Assembly (NCBI GenBank): GCA_963734495.1 | Contig: CAVTHK010000011.1 | Coordinates: 288,001 to 352,000, forward strand | Direction of reading: 5' to 3' | DNA: 64,000 nt | From: an uncultured Spirochaetota bacterium | GTDB taxonomy: Bacteria > Spirochaetota > Spirochaetia > SZUA-6 > CAVTHK01 | Part shown: in pieces, positions 7,938-16,982 of the stretch | Layout of the letters: each line of letters starts with the position of its first letter | Numbering within the stretch: the first letter of the stretch is position 1 | Position numbers and translations under genes: made by a program | Notes under the pieces: model-generated | Told to the model about the DNA's origin: nothing | The model's input: the letters and a program-made list of their open reading frames with translations, nothing else | The model's database searches: none

Positions 7938-10880
7938 ATCGCTGTCCTCCCGACGTGGCTGAACCTGGATTACCTGACCCTGATACGCTGGCCGTGCCTG
8001 ATCCTCTCGCTGAGCTGCACCGCGTACCTCTTTGCCCTCAGGAGCAACTACAGGCCGACCGTCCTGCTCGCGTGGAGCTTTGCCGGGGCCACGACGTTTC
8101 ACCTGGCGATGGTCCTCGAGTTCGCCGGCGACTGCTACTGGCGGCCGCACGCCCTCAAGACGCTCCTGCAGCCGATGCTGCAGATGGCCGGCCCGGCGGG
8201 CTTCCTGCTCCCGCTGCTTCTCTTTGCTTACGAATTCCCGCGCCGCGAGGAGAGCCTCGAGCGCGAGCGGCGGCTCTTCCTGTTCGCCTTTCTTGCGGTG
8301 GACGCGTTTCTGTCCGCGCTGACCGTCTACAACTTCGTGGTGCTGCAGAGGCTGAGGAGCACCTTCACGTTCGAGTCCGACTACTATCTGGCTCTCTACG
8401 TGAGCTTCGTCGCGCAGTTCTCCGTCGTCCTCGCCCTGCTCCTCCGCAAGACGGCGCGCCTGTCGGGCGCGGCCTCCGGGTCGCCCTGGCGCAGGCTGGC
8501 TCATCCGCAGGGCAGCGACGCCAGGGCGGTGCGCGCGGTTTCGGCGGTCCTGCTGCTCCCCTTCGGCTCCGCGGTCATCTGGGTGCTCCGATTCTGCCGG
8601 CTGCTGCCCGCGGTCGCCACGGCTTACCTCGTCTCCTTCTGCTTTCTCCTGTTTCACATGAGCTTCATCGTCGTGTACCTGAGCCGCACGGAGGAGCGCA
8701 CGACGCTCCAGGTCAAGCTCGTGGCCGGGTCTCTCGTGGCGGTGCTCGGGATACTCAGCATCGCGGCCGTCTACGCGGGAGTGCGTTTCGAGGCCGACTA
8801 CCGCGATCCGGACCTCGTCGCGCAGGGCGATGCGATCCGGTTCCGGCCCAACGCGCGCGGCAGCTACGACATCGCCGCCGGCGGGCTGCACTATGACGGC
8901 GAGCCGGGCGAGAAGATCGCGTCACCGCCTCCAGCCGGCGCGAGGCGGGAGATCCCGTTTGCGTTCCCCTTTTTCGGCGAGGCTTACCGCAGCCTCCGCG
9001 TCCTGCCGGGGCCTATGGTCTATCTCGGCGAAGACCTGCACGAGGACGGCTGGGGCGGGTATCACCCCCAGCCCGTGATCGCCCCGATCATCATGACCCT
9101 CGACCCCGACCGCGGCGACGGCGTGTTCGTCAAGGAGCGCGCAGACAGGGTGATCGTCACCTGGCTCGCCGTCCCGGAGGAAGGCAGCGACAACGTCAAC
9201 ACGGTGCAGCTCGGCCTCTACGCCGACGGGACGATCACGTTCTTCTACGAGACCCTTTCGCCGGACCTGAACTACAGGGCGACGCAGCTGCACGCGCAGA
9301 CGACGGCGGCCGTGCGCGGCCTCGACCCGGGCGCGGGCGGAGGCCATTCCGTGCCCTTTCCGCCGCGCCTGGTGGGGATCCACCCGGGCGGCCGCGACGC
9401 GGCGATGGAGCCGATCCGGTTCAAGCGCGACCTCCCCTACCGCAGCGGCGGCCGCGCCGCCATTTTCGAAGCCTACGACATACGCTACTACCGCTACATG
9501 CACGAACGCATGGCGTCCTTCGCCCTGCTCTTCGTCGCTTCGAGCGTGCTCGTGCTGTTCGCGTTTCCGCTCTCTCTCAGACAGAGCGTCATCAAGCCTC
9601 TTCGTTCCCTCTATGACGCGATGAAACAGGCGGACGACGGCGACCTCGGCGTGACGCTGGCTCCGGGGTACAACGACGAGATCGGGTTTCTCGGCCACTC
9701 CTTCAACCAGATGATGAGGTCGATCCGGCGGATACACGAGGCGTTCCGCTCTCTGGCCGACGACTCCCTCGACGGGATCCTCGTCGTGCTTCGGGACGGG
9801 AAGCCGGCGTACGCGAGCAGGGGCGTGTCGCAGATCACGGGCTACGCCCCCGACGAGATCATGCAGACCGATTTCGACGAGCTGCTGCGCACCGAGGAGT
9901 TCCGCGACGTCGCCGCGTACGTCGCGGGAGTCGCCGACAAGGGCGAGCCGCGGCACTGCGCCACGGAGATCACGACGGCCGCGGGCGTTCGCGTCCCGGT
10001 GGAGATCACGGTTTCGCGCACGCTCTGGCTGGGCGTTCCCGCCCGCGTGGCGGTCCTGCGCGACATCAGCTCGCGCCGGCGCGAAGAGGATCTCGCGCGG
10101 GCCCGGCTGGCGCAGCTCATGCGGACCGACAAGCTGATATCGCTCGGAGTCCTCGCCGCCGGCATGGCGCACCAGATCAGCACGCCGAACCAGGTCATCC
10201 TGTCCAACGTCACTCTCCTTCAGCGCGCTTGCCCGGAGCTCGTGGCGATGCTCGATGGTCGGTACGAGGAGGGCGGTCCCGTGGGCGGGCTCGATAAGGC
10301 GGATTTCCGCTCGCAGCTCCCGCACCTTCTGGACGCGATCGCCGGCTGCTCGCGGCGCATCGACTCGATCGAGAAGAACCTGAGAGCCTTTTCTCGCGAC
10401 GAGCCGGACAGGCCGCCGACGGAGCTCGACGTGAACACGGTCGTCCGGTCCGCGCTCGAGCTCGTCGAGACGACGATCAGGAAGGCGACGGCCAACTTCG
10501 AGGCGACTCTCGCGCCGGACCTTCCACCGGTCAGGGGCAACGCGCAGAGGCTCGAGCAGGTCTTTGTCAACCTGATCCTCAACGCGTGCCAGGCGCTGGC
10601 GGACCGCGACAAACGGATAGCGTTGGTCACCCGCCGCGAACCGGAGAGCAAGTCCGTCATCGTTGCGGTGGAGGACGAAGGCGTCGGCATCCCGCAGGAC
10701 CATCTGGACCGGATCACGGAGTACTTCTTCACCACGAGGCGTTCCTCCGGAGGCACCGGGCTCGGTCTCCCCATAGCCGACTCGATCGTGCGGGAGCACG
10801 GGGGCGCTTTGCGCTTCCGCTCCTCGCCAGGAGTCGGCACGCTCGTCGAAGTCGTGCTGCCAGGGGGGGCCGCTCCATGA
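7938..10880 (+). CDS. Membrane sensor histidine kinase (multi-TM, NIDO-like loop, HAMP, PAS, HisKA/HATPase)
   Basis: AHQISTP H-box, QVFVNLILNA, DEGVGI, GTGLGL, HAMP (DEIGFLG.SFN.M). The frame is open upstream of 8109 to an ATC at 7938 that follows AGGAGG. Confidence 0.9.
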   Translation: MAVLPTWLNLDYLTLIRWPCLILSLSCTAYLFALRSNYRPTVLLAWSFAGATTFHLAMVLEFAGDCYWRPHALKTLLQPMLQMAGPAGFLLPLLLFAYEFPRREESLERERRLFLFAFLAVDAFLSALTVYNFVVLQRLRSTFTFESDYYLALYVSFVAQFSVVLALLLRKTARLSGAASGSPWRRLAHPQGSDARAVRAVSAVLLLPFGSAVIWVLRFCRLLPAVATAYLVSFCFLLFHMSFIVVYLSRTEERTTLQVKLVAGSLVAVLGILSIAAVYAGVRFEADYRDPDLVAQGDAIRFRPNARGSYDIAAGGLHYDGEPGEKIASPPPAGARREIPFAFPFFGEAYRSLRVLPGPMVYLGEDLHEDGWGGYHPQPVIAPIIMTLDPDRGDGVFVKERADRVIVTWLAVPEEGSDNVNTVQLGLYADGTITFFYETLSPDLNYRATQLHAQTTAAVRGLDPGAGGGHSVPFPPRLVGIHPGGRDAAMEPIRFKRDLPYRSGGRAAIFEAYDIRYYRYMHERMASFALLFVASSVLVLFAFPLSLRQSVIKPLRSLYDAMKQADDGDLGVTLAPGYNDEIGFLGHSFNQMMRSIRRIHEAFRSLADDSLDGILVVLRDGKPAYASRGVSQITGYAPDEIMQTDFDELLRTEEFRDVAAYVAGVADKGEPRHCATEITTAAGVRVPVEITVSRTLWLGVPARVAVLRDISSRRREEDLARARLAQLMRTDKLISLGVLAAGMAHQISTPNQVILSNVTLLQRACPELVAMLDGRYEEGGPVGGLDKADFRSQLPHLLDAIAGCSRRIDSIEKNLRAFSRDEPDRPPTELDVNTVVRSALELVETTIRKATANFEATLAPDLPPVRGNAQRLEQVFVNLILNACQALADRDKRIALVTRREPESKSVIVAVEDEGVGIPQDHLDRITEYFFTTRRSSGGTGLGLPIADSIVREHGGALRFRSSPGVGTLVEVVLPGGAAP

Positions 10881-12316
10881 TGCGTCTCTTTCCGCAGGAT
10901 CCCGTGCTCGTCGTCGACGACGAAGCCCTGGTGGTGCAGAGCCTGACGAATTCGCTGCGCTCGAACGGCATCACGAACGTCGCCGGCTGCAGCGACGGCC
11001 GCGAGGTGCTGTCCCGGCTGCGGGCCGCGCCCGTGGAGGTGATCCTCCTCGACCTCACGATGCCCCACGTCACGGGCCGGCAGCTTCTGGACAGCGTCCG
11101 CGACGAGTTCCCCGAGATCCCCGTGATTGTCGTGACCGGGGCCAACGAGGTCGCCACGGCGGTCGAGTGCATGCGCGCGGGAGCCTTCGACTACATGGTC
11201 AAAGCCGTCGAGGAGAGCCGCCTGGTGAGCGGAGTGAGGAGTGCGATCGAGATCCGGGGCCTGCGGCGCGAATACAAGGACCTCTCCGCGCGGCTCATGC
11301 AGAACCGGCTTCGCCGGCCGGGCGCGTTTGCCGGCATCCTCACCCGCGATCCCGCGATGCAGCACCTGTTCATCCTCGCCGAAGCGGTCGCGCGCACGAG
11401 CGAGCCCGTCCTGATCACGGGCGAGACAGGGACCGGCAAGAACCTCCTGGCCCGCGCGATCCACGAGTGCAGCGCGAGGGAAGGCGCGCTCGTCGAGGTC
11501 AACGTGGCAGGGCTCGACGACCACTTGTTCGCCGACACCCTGTTCGGCCACCGCAAAGGCGCGTTCACGGGCGCGGTCGAGACGCGGGAGGGCCTCGTGC
11601 ACAAGGCGGCCGCGGGCACCCTGTTTCTCGACGAGATCGGCGACTTGACCATCGCCTCGCAGATCAAGCTCCTGCGGCTGCTCGACTCGCGCGAGTACTA
11701 TCCGCTCGGCTCGGACCTCCCGCGGAGGACCGACGCCAGGGTCGTGACCGCTACGAACCGGGACCTCCCGGCCCTCATGAGCGAGGGCAGGTTCCGGCGG
11801 GACCTGTTCTACAGGCTCTCCACCCACTGCCTGGCGATCCCCCCTCTGCGCGCGCGCAAGGGCGACCTCGCCCTGCTCCTCGATCACTTCCTCGAGGAGG
11901 CGTCGAGGGAGCTCGGCAGGCCGAAGCCCTCCATTCCTTCCGAGCTGCCCGTGCTGCTCCATGCCCACGACTTCGCAGGCAACGTGCGCGAGCTGCGCTC
12001 CCTGGTCTTCGACGCGGCGAGCCGACCGACGCGCGGCAGGCTGCCGCTCGCGGGATTCAAGGCGGCGATCGGGCCGGTGGCGGCGGCCGCGGCGGAGCGG
12101 CCGCCGGAGCAGCTGCTGACGTTCGCGGAGAAGCTGCCGACCCTCAAGCAGGCGGAGCAGATGCTCACGGATGAGGCGCTCAGCCGGTCGCATGGCAACC
12201 AGTCGATCGCCGCCGCGCTTCTCGGGGTGTCGCACCAGGTCATTAACCAGCGGCTCAGGCGGAGACGGCTGGAAAAGCCGCCTCAGCCCGGGAGCCGGGG
12301 CGCGCCGGGGGCCTGA
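10877..12316 (+). CDS. Sigma54-dependent (NtrC-family) response regulator
   Basis: VVDDE receiver, GETGTGK, GAFTGA, LFLDEIG, FRRDLFYRL, Fis-type HTH. Confidence 0.95.
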   Translation: MMRLFPQDPVLVVDDEALVVQSLTNSLRSNGITNVAGCSDGREVLSRLRAAPVEVILLDLTMPHVTGRQLLDSVRDEFPEIPVIVVTGANEVATAVECMRAGAFDYMVKAVEESRLVSGVRSAIEIRGLRREYKDLSARLMQNRLRRPGAFAGILTRDPAMQHLFILAEAVARTSEPVLITGETGTGKNLLARAIHECSAREGALVEVNVAGLDDHLFADTLFGHRKGAFTGAVETREGLVHKAAAGTLFLDEIGDLTIASQIKLLRLLDSREYYPLGSDLPRRTDARVVTATNRDLPALMSEGRFRRDLFYRLSTHCLAIPPLRARKGDLALLLDHFLEEASRELGRPKPSIPSELPVLLHAHDFAGNVRELRSLVFDAASRPTRGRLPLAGFKAAIGPVAAAAAERPPEQLLTFAEKLPTLKQAEQMLTDEALSRSHGNQSIAAALLGVSHQVINQRLRRRRLEKPPQPGSRGAPGA

Positions 12317-12331
12317 AGGCCGCTTTCTTCG

Positions 12332-12376
12332 TTGACAAATCGGGGTTCCGGCCTTACGATAACTAATATATCAGTT
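12332..12376 (+). promoter_or_regulatory. Sigma70 promoter plus candidate operator of the TRAP operon
   Basis: TTGACA-N17-TACGAT followed by the imperfect palindrome AACTAATATATCAGTT. Confidence 0.7.
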
Positions 12377-12389
12377 GAGGAGGGAAGAG

Positions 12390-13416
12390 ATGTCGCGATT
12401 TGCCAAGCTCCTGACCTGTCTGGCGCTGCTGGCGCTCCTGGCCGCGCTTCCGGCGTTCTCGGGCGGGAAGGGCGAGGACAAGGCTGCCGCCAAGCAGTAC
12501 GTCCTCAAGTTCAACCACGTCCTCACGCCGCAGGACCCCTACCACGGCGCGTTCCTCAAGTGGGCCGAGGCGGTCACGAAGAGAACCAACGGCGGCCTCA
12601 AGGTCGAGGTCTTCCCGAGCGCGCAGCTCGGCGTCGAGGAGGACATCCTCGAACAGATCCGCCAGGGCGCCAACGTCGGCCAGAACACCGACGCGGCGAG
12701 GCTCGGCAACTACGTCGCCGACATCGCGTGCATGAACGCCCCCTACTTCGTCGAGAGCCTCGACGAGGTCCAGAAGATCAGCTCGGCGCCCACGTTCAAG
12801 GCGTGGAAGGATCAGCTGGAAAAGACGCAGGGCTTCAAGATCCTCTCCTTCTACTGGGTGCAGGGCTTCCGGCAGATGTTCACCAACAAGCCGATCCGGA
12901 ACCCCGGCGACCTCGCGGGCATGAGGATCAGGACGCCGCCCGGCCCCGATCTGGCAGGAATCGATCCGCGCCATCGGCGCGACGCCGGTCGCCCTCGCAT
13001 ACGGCGAGGTGTACACCGGGATGCAGACGCGGGCCATCGACGGCGCCGAGCTCTCCTTTACCGCGGGCTACAACATGAAGTTCGCCGAGGTGTCCAAGTG
13101 CGTCTCCGAGACCCGCCACATCCTCCTGATCAACTTCGAGGTCATCAGCAGCAAGTGGTTCAATTCGCTGCCTGCGGAATACCAGAAGGTGCTCGAGGAG
13201 GAGTGCAACAAGGCAGGCCTGGAGGTCTCGCGAAGCTACCTCGAGAACCTCGACGTCCAGTCCGAGAAGGATCTCAAGTCCAAGGGCGTGACGATCGTCC
13301 CGGCATCGGAGATCGACATCAAGGCCTTCAAGGCTGCGGGCGAGAAGGCGTACCAGAAGCTCAACCTCGTCGCCGCGCGCGACAAGATCTACCAGGAAAT
13401 CGGGAAGAAGAAGTAG
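12390..13416 (+). CDS. dctP: TRAP solute-binding protein DctP, frameshift near 12940
   Basis: VFPSAQLG.EED and GMRIRTP, continuing in another frame as EVYTGMQTRAIDGAE to the stop at 13416. Confidence 0.88.
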
Positions 13417-13478
13417 CCATCGACGGGGGCCGGAGGGAGGGGCGAGCCCCTCCCTCCGGGCAGGGGGGAGCCCTCCGC

Positions 13479-14219
13479 ATGCTCTTGCGCGCAAAGACTG
13501 CCCTGGTCACCGGAGCGGCCCGCGGCATAGGCCGGGCCATTGCCCTGCGGTTTGCCTCCGAGGGGGCCTCGGTGGTGCTGGCCGACAGGCTGGACGCCGC
13601 GGACGTCGCCGAAAAGGTGACGCGAAGCGGGGGCCGCGCGTTGTCGTTCCGCGTGGACATCACCGATTCCGCGGCCGTGCGGCGCGTGGTGGCAGAATCG
13701 CTCGAGGCCTTCGGCTCGATCGATATCCTCGTCAACAACGCGGGGATCATCGCTCGCGGCACCATCCTGGAGCTGACCGAGGAGACCTGGAAGCGCGTTC
13801 TCGACGTCAACGTGAACGGCGCCTTCAACTGCTGTCAGGCCGTCATCCCTTCGATGGTGAGCCATCGCTTCGGCCGGATCCTCAACATCACCTCGGTCGC
13901 CGGCAAGACGGGCGACGTCACCGCGGCGCCCGTCTACGGCGCCTCGAAGGGCGCGATCAACGCCCTCACCAAGTCGCTCGCCCGGCAGCTCGCCGAGTTC
14001 GGCATCACGGCCAACGCGATCGCGCCCCACGCCATCGAGACGGACATGAGCGCGCAGTGGAGCGCGGAGAAGCGGGCGGAGGTGATCAGGGGCATCCCGC
14101 TGCGGCGGCTCGGCCGGCCCGAAGAAGTGGCGGAAGCCGCGGTCTTCCTGGTCTCCGAGGGCGCGGCCTTCATAACCGGCGAGGTCCTGGACCTCAACGG
14201 CGGGTTCTTCATGGACTAG
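13479..14219 (+). CDS. SDR-family (FabG-like) oxidoreductase
   Basis: TGAARGIG, NNAG, YGASK, ITGEVLDLNGG. Confidence 0.93.
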   Translation: MLLRAKTALVTGAARGIGRAIALRFASEGASVVLADRLDAADVAEKVTRSGGRALSFRVDITDSAAVRRVVAESLEAFGSIDILVNNAGIIARGTILELTEETWKRVLDVNVNGAFNCCQAVIPSMVSHRFGRILNITSVAGKTGDVTAAPVYGASKGAINALTKSLARQLAEFGITANAIAPHAIETDMSAQWSAEKRAEVIRGIPLRRLGRPEEVAEAAVFLVSEGAAFITGEVLDLNGGFFMD

Positions 14220-14297
14220 GGTGAAGGGCAGGTCCGATACTGTGAGTGCGGCCCGCGCGGAAGCGCCGCCGTCTGCTCATTCGGAGGGTGCAGGATC

Positions 14298-14810
14298 ATG
14301 AGGAAACCCTATGAGGTGGTATGCAGGGCCGAGATGCTCGTCGCGAGGTACGCGCTGTTCGCGCTCGCCTTCCTCGTGTTCGCGGCGGCGGTGGCGAGGA
14401 CCGTCCGGCAACCGATGAACTGGGCCATCGACGTAGCCACCTTTCTCTTTGCCTGGTGCGTCTTTCTCGGCGGAGACATCGCCATCCGGGAGGACCGCCT
14501 GTTCTGCATCGTCGTGCTCACAGAGAAGCTTCCGAAAAGGACCCAGCTCGTTCTCAAGGCGGCGAACTACGTCATCATCGGGATCTTTCTCGCGGGCATG
14601 ATCGGCTACGGCTCCTGGCTGTCCTACACCACGCGGCTGCGCACGTTCCAGGGCATACCCGGCTTCAGCTACACGTGGGTCACCATCAGCGTGCCGATCG
14701 GGTGCGCCCTGATGCTGGTATCCGCCATCCGCAGGATCGGGGAGATCCTCGCGACGATCCGCAAGGGGACCACGCTCGAAAAGGGCGGCGGGGTCACCGA
14801 GATCCTCTGA
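14298..14810 (+). CDS. dctQ: TRAP small permease DctQ
   Basis: 4 TM, W..FLG motif, position in the operon. Confidence 0.85.
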   Translation: MRKPYEVVCRAEMLVARYALFALAFLVFAAAVARTVRQPMNWAIDVATFLFAWCVFLGGDIAIREDRLFCIVVLTEKLPKRTQLVLKAANYVIIGIFLAGMIGYGSWLSYTTRLRTFQGIPGFSYTWVTISVPIGCALMLVSAIRRIGEILATIRKGTTLEKGGGVTEIL

Positions 14811-14828
14811 ACAGCCGCGGGAGAGAGT

Positions 14829-16112
14829 ATGACTCTGGTGCTGATCCTGTTCGTCGTCTTCATCCTGATGGGGATGCCGGTGGCCTTCGCCTTCGGCATA
14901 TCGGGAGTCGTGTTCTTCCTCCAGCAGCCGACGCTCCCGCTGACCATCCCCGTGCAGCTGGTGCTTTCCCAGACGCAGAGCTTCCTGCTGCTCGCCATCC
15001 CGTTGTTCGTGCTCGCGGGCAACCTCCTCAACGAGACCGGCATCACGGAGCGCGTGATGAAGCTGGCCTCCGTGCTGACCGGCCACATGCGGGCCGGGCT
15101 GGCCCAGAGCAACATGGTCCTGGCCGCGTCGCTGGGCGGGATCACCAGCTCGGCGATCGGCGACGCCACGATGCTCTCGCGCATGCTCGGGCCGGGCATG
15201 ATCAAGCGCGGCTACTCGCGCGGGTTCTCCGCCGGCGTCATCGGCTGCAGCTCGCTCATCACCACGATGATACCGCCCGGGATCGGGTTGGTCCTCTACG
15301 GGAGCATCGGCGAGGTCTCGATCGGCCGGCTCTTCGCGGCCGGGATGATCCCCGGGATTCTCATGACCATCTTTCTCATGGCGGCGGTATCGATGACCGC
15401 CCGGCACAAGGGCTACGTCGCCGAGCGGGAGAAGCGCGCGTCGCTCAAGGAGATGGCCTCGACCTTCGTCCAGAGCATCTGGGCCTTCCTCTTTCCTGTC
15501 ATCCTGATCGTCGGCCTGCGGTTCGGGCTGTTCACGCCGTCGGAGGCCGGCGCCTTCGCCTGCGTGTACGCCATCGTCATCGGGACCGTGGTGTACCGGC
15601 AGTTCACCTGGGAAAAGTTCGTCAAGACGCTCGAGAGCACCGTGGTGGACATCGGGATGGTGATGCTGCTGATCGCGCTCTCGGCCACGTTCAGCTACGC
15701 CACGATCTGGGAGCGGCTGCCGCAGCAGATGGCGGAGCTCATGCTGGGCATCTCGAACGTCCCCTGGGTCGCCATGCTGATCATCCTCGTGTTCCTGCTC
15801 CTGGCCGGCACGTTCATGGATTCGACGGTGCTGATCCTGATGCTGACGCCGATCCTGATCCCCGTCGCCGTCCAGCTCAACATCGACCTGGTGCACTTCG
15901 GCATCGTCATGGTCCTGACGCTGACGATCGGATTGCTGACCCCGCCCGAGGGGGCGGTCCTCTACATCATCTGCACGGTCTTCGAGTGCAGGATATGGGA
16001 CTTCGTCAAGGAGAGCGCTTTCCTGATGTTCTCGATCGTGCTGGTGGTGATCCTGGTGATCTTCTGGCCGGACATCGCCCTGTGGCTTCCGAACCTGATC
16101 TTCGGCAAGTGA
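14829..16112 (+). CDS. dctM: TRAP large permease DctM
   Basis: LLAIPLFVLAG, IPPGI, FTPSEA, GLLTPP. Confidence 0.95.
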   Translation: MTLVLILFVVFILMGMPVAFAFGISGVVFFLQQPTLPLTIPVQLVLSQTQSFLLLAIPLFVLAGNLLNETGITERVMKLASVLTGHMRAGLAQSNMVLAASLGGITSSAIGDATMLSRMLGPGMIKRGYSRGFSAGVIGCSSLITTMIPPGIGLVLYGSIGEVSIGRLFAAGMIPGILMTIFLMAAVSMTARHKGYVAEREKRASLKEMASTFVQSIWAFLFPVILIVGLRFGLFTPSEAGAFACVYAIVIGTVVYRQFTWEKFVKTLESTVVDIGMVMLLIALSATFSYATIWERLPQQMAELMLGISNVPWVAMLIILVFLLLAGTFMDSTVLILMLTPILIPVAVQLNIDLVHFGIVMVLTLTIGLLTPPEGAVLYIICTVFECRIWDFVKESAFLMFSIVLVVILVIFWPDIALWLPNLIFGK

Positions 16113-16161
16113 GCGGCCTGGCGCGCCGAGCCGCGGCAAGGTGCCGCGGCGCCCGCCGGCT

Positions 16162-16887
16162 TCAGGCCGTGCGCGCCCGTTCGGTCTCGACCTGGTATTC
16201 CTTCATGATGTTCTGCCGGCTCTGCTCCAGGTGCGCGCGGAGCAGCGAGACCGCGAGCGGCGAGTGGACGGACAGGTGCTCGAGGATCGCCTTGTGCTCC
16301 TCGAACGTCGCGCGCATTCCGTGGCACATGCTCAGCCCGTAGCGGTAGCTCATGCTCAGGTGAAGGCTGGTCTCGCGGTAGAAGCGCTCCAGGTACTCGT
16401 TGCCGGCGAGGCGGCAGATCTCGGTGTGGAACTGGTGGTCGAGCTCGATGTAGTGCCGGTCGGCGGCGCCGCGCTGCCGCGCTGCGGCCGCGATGGCTGA
16501 CATCTGCCCGACGATGCGGGCGAGGGGGGCAAGGTCCGCGGCCGTGACCGTGCGATAGGCCTTCTCGACGGCGAACATCTCGAGCATCTCGCGCGACTCG
16601 ATGGCCTGGAGCATCGTCTGCTCCGTGGGCCTGCGCACGTAGCAGTTGCTGCGGGGCCTGACCGCGACGATGTTCTCGGCTTCGAGGCGTTTGATGGCGT
16701 CGCGGATCGGCATCGGGCTCACGCCGAACTCGCGGGCGATCGCCTTGATATTGAGGGTGTCGCCGTAGCGGATGCGGCCGCGGATGATCTGGTCGACAAG
16801 GTGGTCGTAAACCATTCCGCTCAGGCTCGGTTGGGGCGCCTGCCCGACGCGGCGGACCAGGCGGCTCTTGCCGATTCGCCTCGACAT
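16162..16887 (-). CDS. GntR-family (FCD) transcriptional regulator
   Basis: FGVSPMPIRDAIKRLE HTH; D..FH, GN, EH..I FCD motifs. Confidence 0.92.
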   Translation of the reverse strand: MSRRIGKSRLVRRVGQAPQPSLSGMVYDHLVDQIIRGRIRYGDTLNIKAIAREFGVSPMPIRDAIKRLEAENIVAVRPRSNCYVRRPTEQTMLQAIESREMLEMFAVEKAYRTVTAADLAPLARIVGQMSAIAAAARQRGAADRHYIELDHQFHTEICRLAGNEYLERFYRETSLHLSMSYRYGLSMCHGMRATFEEHKAILEHLSVHSPLAVSLLRAHLEQSRQNIMKEYQVETERARTA

Positions 16888-16982
16888 CTCGCTCAATAGA
16901 GTACCCGAAAGCCCGCAGTGTTGGCAACACGAACGCCGCCGCCGCGCGCAACTGGGGAAGGGCCGCGACTGTCTCTGGATTC

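Noticed and set aside
12375-14219. Apparent 614-aa DctP-SDR fusion
   Set aside because: This is an artefact of the frameshift near 12940. The true DctP C-terminus is in another frame and stops at 13416, and the SDR has its own ATG.
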